A DNA stretch of 64,000 nt, from assembly GCA_965215005.1 (NCBI GenBank), contig CBDCCZ010000054.1, forward strand, positions 64,001-128,000, written 5' to 3'. This DNA comes from Kofleriaceae bacterium (GTDB lineage Bacteria > Myxococcota_A > Polyangia > Haliangiales > Haliangiaceae). Below are positions 59,882 to 64,000 of this stretch, in pieces. The notes under the pieces are model-generated. The model was not told the DNA's origin. It searched no databases and was given only the letters and a program-made list of their open reading frames with translations. The position numbers were made by a program, and so were the translations under genes. Every line of letters begins with the position of its first letter. Position 1 is the stretch's first letter.

Positions 59882-62275
59882 ATGACTCAGATCCCCAACC
59901 TCCCCGTGCCTCTGCTTCCGCTTCGTCACGGGGCGATGTTTCCCGGCACGATGGTGGTTCTTCCGCTCGGGCGACCTCAGTCGCTCGCGTTAGCGGCTAC
60001 GATCGACGAAGGCGATCTCATCGTGGTCGCGGCGCAGCGAGATGCTCGCGTCGAAGATCCCGGCATCGCGGACCTCGTTCCCATTGCCGTCTTGGCCCGT
60101 GTCCTCCGCAAAACGCGCCAAGACAGCAATTTGGTGCAGCTCGCCGTCGAAGGTCAATGCCGCGTCCGCCTCGACACCTTGATCGCGTCACATCCATACT
60201 GGAAAGCTGGAATTTCAGCCTGCGACGAGCAGCATGCCACCAGCAGTGCGGCTATCGCGTTGGCCGAGACTCTTGCCGAGCGGGTCGCGAAGCTGTCGGC
60301 GAGCATTTCCGAAGATTTGCTTCGTCGACTTAGCTCGCCGGAAGCGCGAACCTGCCCAAGCCGGCTGGCGGATTTAGTGGCCGCGGCGCTGGGCCTCGCG
60401 GCAGAGAATGAGCTCGAGGTGCTCATCGAGCTCGACGTTGAAGAACGTCTGCGGCTCGTGCATCAGTTGATTACACAGGCCAAGGCGTACGCGGAGGTGA
60501 AGTCCAAGATTCATCGCGAGGTATCCAAGGAGCTCGGCAAGAATCAACGCGAGCACATTCTTCGCCAGCAGCTCGAGGCGATTCGCAAAGAGCTCGGCGA
60601 AACCGACAGCGGCGACGATGCGGTGGCGCGGCTCGTGAGCAAGCTCGAGGCCCTCGAGCTGCCGAGCGACGTTCGTAAGGTCGTGGACCGCGAGGTGGCG
60701 CGGCTCTCGAGCATGCCGCCCGGGCAACCCGAGCACAACGTGATCTTCAAGTACCTCGAGCTCATCGGCGAGCTGCCGTGGGGCACTCGCGCTCCGGTGC
60801 TCGAGGACATCGATCGCATCGCTGCGAAGCTCGATGAAGATCACTATGGTCTCGAAGAGGTCAAAAAGCGCATCCTCGAGCATCTCGCTGTCGCCAAGAT
60901 GACGCATGACCATCGTGGCGCCATTCTCTGCCTCGTCGGACCGCCCGGGGTCGGTAAGACCTCACTTGGGCAATCCATCGCCGACGCTACGGGGCGGCCA
61001 TTCGTCCGCGTAGCCCTGGGCGGGGTGCGCGACGAGGCGGAGATTCGCGGCCACAGGCGCACGTACGTGGGCGCCTTGCCCGGTCGAATCATCAACGCCC
61101 TACGTCGCGCCGAAGCCAAGAACGCGGTGGTGCTGCTCGATGAGATCGACAAGCTCGGACAGGGATGGATGGGCTCACCAGAGTCGGCTCTCCTCGAGGT
61201 TCTCGACCCCGAGCAGAATGGCACCTTCACTGATCACTATCTCGAGCTGCCGTTCGATCTGTCGGAGGTGCTGATTATCTGCACTGCCAACAGTCTCGAC
61301 ACGTTGTCGGGGCCGCTGCGCGACCGTCTCGAAATCATCGAGGTGCAGGGCTACACGGTCGAGGAAAAGCTGGCGATCGCGCGCCGCCATCTTCTGCCGA
61401 AGCAACTCGCCAAACATGGTCTCGAAAGCACGGTGGTCGAAGTGGCCGACGAAGCGCTCAGAGCTACGATTGCCGACTACACCCGCGAAGCCGGTGTTCG
61501 GCAGCTTACTCGCGAGCTGACCAAGATTTGTCGGGCACTGACCCTCGAGCTCGCCCGCCGTGTAAGTGATAGCAAGAGTCCTTCGTTGACCATCGCCGCT
61601 GACGACGTGGTGACTTATCTCGGTAAGCCCCGCTTCTTCAATGAAGTAGCTGAGCGGCTGCAGATTGCGGGTGTTGCGACCGGCCTCGCTTGGACACCAG
61701 TAGGCGGCGACATCCTGTTCGTCGAAACGTCGAGGATGCCCGGCAAAGGCCGCTTGGAGACCACCGGCCAGCTCGGCGACGTTATGAAAGAATCGGCGCG
61801 GGCAGCGCTTACCTATGTCCGAAGCCACGCCGAAGAGCTTGGGTTGGATCCGAGCTTTCTCGAGACGATGGATCTACACGTCCACGTCCCGGCGGGTGCG
61901 GTGCCCAAAGATGGGCCCTCTGCGGGTGTCACCATTTTCACTGCGCTTACCTCACTCATGACGGGACGGCGGGTTCGTCACGACACGGCGATGACCGGAG
62001 AATGCACGTTACGTGGGCGCGTGTTGCCGGTGGGAGGCATCAAGTCCAAGGTGCTTGCTGCGCATCGCGCGGGCCTCAAGCGAGTCATCCTGCCGGAGAA
62101 GAACCGTCGCGACCTCGACGACGTGCCCGCTGAGGTCAGAAACCAGCTCGACGTCATCTTTGCCAACGACATGAGTGAGGTGCTCGCGAGCGCGCTGGAG
62201 TGGGCCGAGCCGCTAAACGATCAGGCGCACGCACCCTCCGAATCGTTACCCCGCGTAACAATGCAGCTGGCGTAG
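59882..62275 (+). CDS. lon: ATP-dependent Lon protease
   Basis: LON N-domain, GPPGVGKTS, LLDEIDK, PKDGPSAG, GGIKSK. Confidence 0.96.
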   Translation: MTQIPNLPVPLLPLRHGAMFPGTMVVLPLGRPQSLALAATIDEGDLIVVAAQRDARVEDPGIADLVPIAVLARVLRKTRQDSNLVQLAVEGQCRVRLDTLIASHPYWKAGISACDEQHATSSAAIALAETLAERVAKLSASISEDLLRRLSSPEARTCPSRLADLVAAALGLAAENELEVLIELDVEERLRLVHQLITQAKAYAEVKSKIHREVSKELGKNQREHILRQQLEAIRKELGETDSGDDAVARLVSKLEALELPSDVRKVVDREVARLSSMPPGQPEHNVIFKYLELIGELPWGTRAPVLEDIDRIAAKLDEDHYGLEEVKKRILEHLAVAKMTHDHRGAILCLVGPPGVGKTSLGQSIADATGRPFVRVALGGVRDEAEIRGHRRTYVGALPGRIINALRRAEAKNAVVLLDEIDKLGQGWMGSPESALLEVLDPEQNGTFTDHYLELPFDLSEVLIICTANSLDTLSGPLRDRLEIIEVQGYTVEEKLAIARRHLLPKQLAKHGLESTVVEVADEALRATIADYTREAGVRQLTRELTKICRALTLELARRVSDSKSPSLTIAADDVVTYLGKPRFFNEVAERLQIAGVATGLAWTPVGGDILFVETSRMPGKGRLETTGQLGDVMKESARAALTYVRSHAEELGLDPSFLETMDLHVHVPAGAVPKDGPSAGVTIFTALTSLMTGRRVRHDTAMTGECTLRGRVLPVGGIKSKVLAAHRAGLKRVILPEKNRRDLDDVPAEVRNQLDVIFANDMSEVLASALEWAEPLNDQAHAPSESLPRVTMQLA

Positions 62276-62828
62276 AGCGTCTCGAGAGGGGCCGCCGCAA
62301 TCGTGGTGGCTCCTCCTCCTCGTGCAGACATTCTCCTGGTGCTCGCAAATGTGAACCTCGTCGCTACGCCCTCTGCGCTTGCAGCAGTCCGGCGGACGCG
62401 CGCGGTAAGGAGGGCATTACCGCTTCGCCGTAACACCCGCACTTGCCAATACCTGTATTGCAAGCAATCAAGTGCAGCGTTGTAGCGTCACGTCTAACGA
62501 CGGCACCGACACCAGCCCACCTCGCGTTGCTAGGAGTGGCTCGACCCTTGCGTTATGCATCGAGGGTCGCGGCCACGATAACGACGCGTTCACCGCGACG
62601 TTTGCTCGCCAAACAAGTCACTGCTGTCGGGCGAATTCGCGAGGTTAGCGCGCGGGAGTAGAGGCCTTGGCTGCATTGTGCGACCGCGAAGGCACGACCA
62701 CCTCGAGTGCGGCGAGCCCCGCAAACCTTTGCCGCTGGGTACACGCCGAGGTGACGCACCCCGCGGGCGAGGCGCTATTCGTGGCGAAATCGCGGTAAGC
62801 TCGCGAGGAGCAGCGCCCCGGAGCGTCG

Positions 62829-63926
<1,098 letters not shown>

Positions 63927-64000
63927 GTCGCGCGAGCCGAGCGCAACCCGCACGGCTGGTAGGCAGCTCCTCCACTAACCTACAGCCAGAAAAACTAGTG

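Noticed and set aside
62440..62476. Nested inverted repeat between lon and the kinase as an ncRNA
   Set aside because: Imperfect dyad only; no promoter, terminator or recognisable family.
63995..64000. CTAGTG at the window end as a fourth repeat copy
   Set aside because: Only 6 bp visible; needs the next window.

Overview
High-GC chromosomal window, most likely from a myxobacterium (Myxococcota), inferred from the mglBA pair, sigma54 activators and a Hanks-type kinase. The left part is core genome: tRNA-Ser, SRP RNA, dnaX-ybaB-recR-mglBA, a frameshifted soluble lytic transglycosylase, gcdH-thiD, RNase E/G and a 2-oxoacid dehydrogenase operon with two E1-alpha genes. The right part is more accessory: SNF2 ATPase, CBM-GH5 glycosidase, polysaccharide deacetylase, triple SOD-fold lipoprotein, GT2-aspartokinase-EctA/EctB fusion divergent from a sigma54 two-component system, STAND regulator, Lon and a Ser/Thr kinase. 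No integrase, transposase, CRISPR array or rRNA was seen. Best leads outside the ORF track: (1) a ~160-nt sigma54-promoted, terminator-capped candidate small RNA divergent from rne/rng; (2) a sigma54 circuit (promoter plus palindromic enhancer sites) upstream of a GT2-ask-ectAB cluster with no ectC; (3) a dispersed, CTAG-bounded, covarying hairpin repeat family (3 copies). All product calls come from motif recognition, not database searches.
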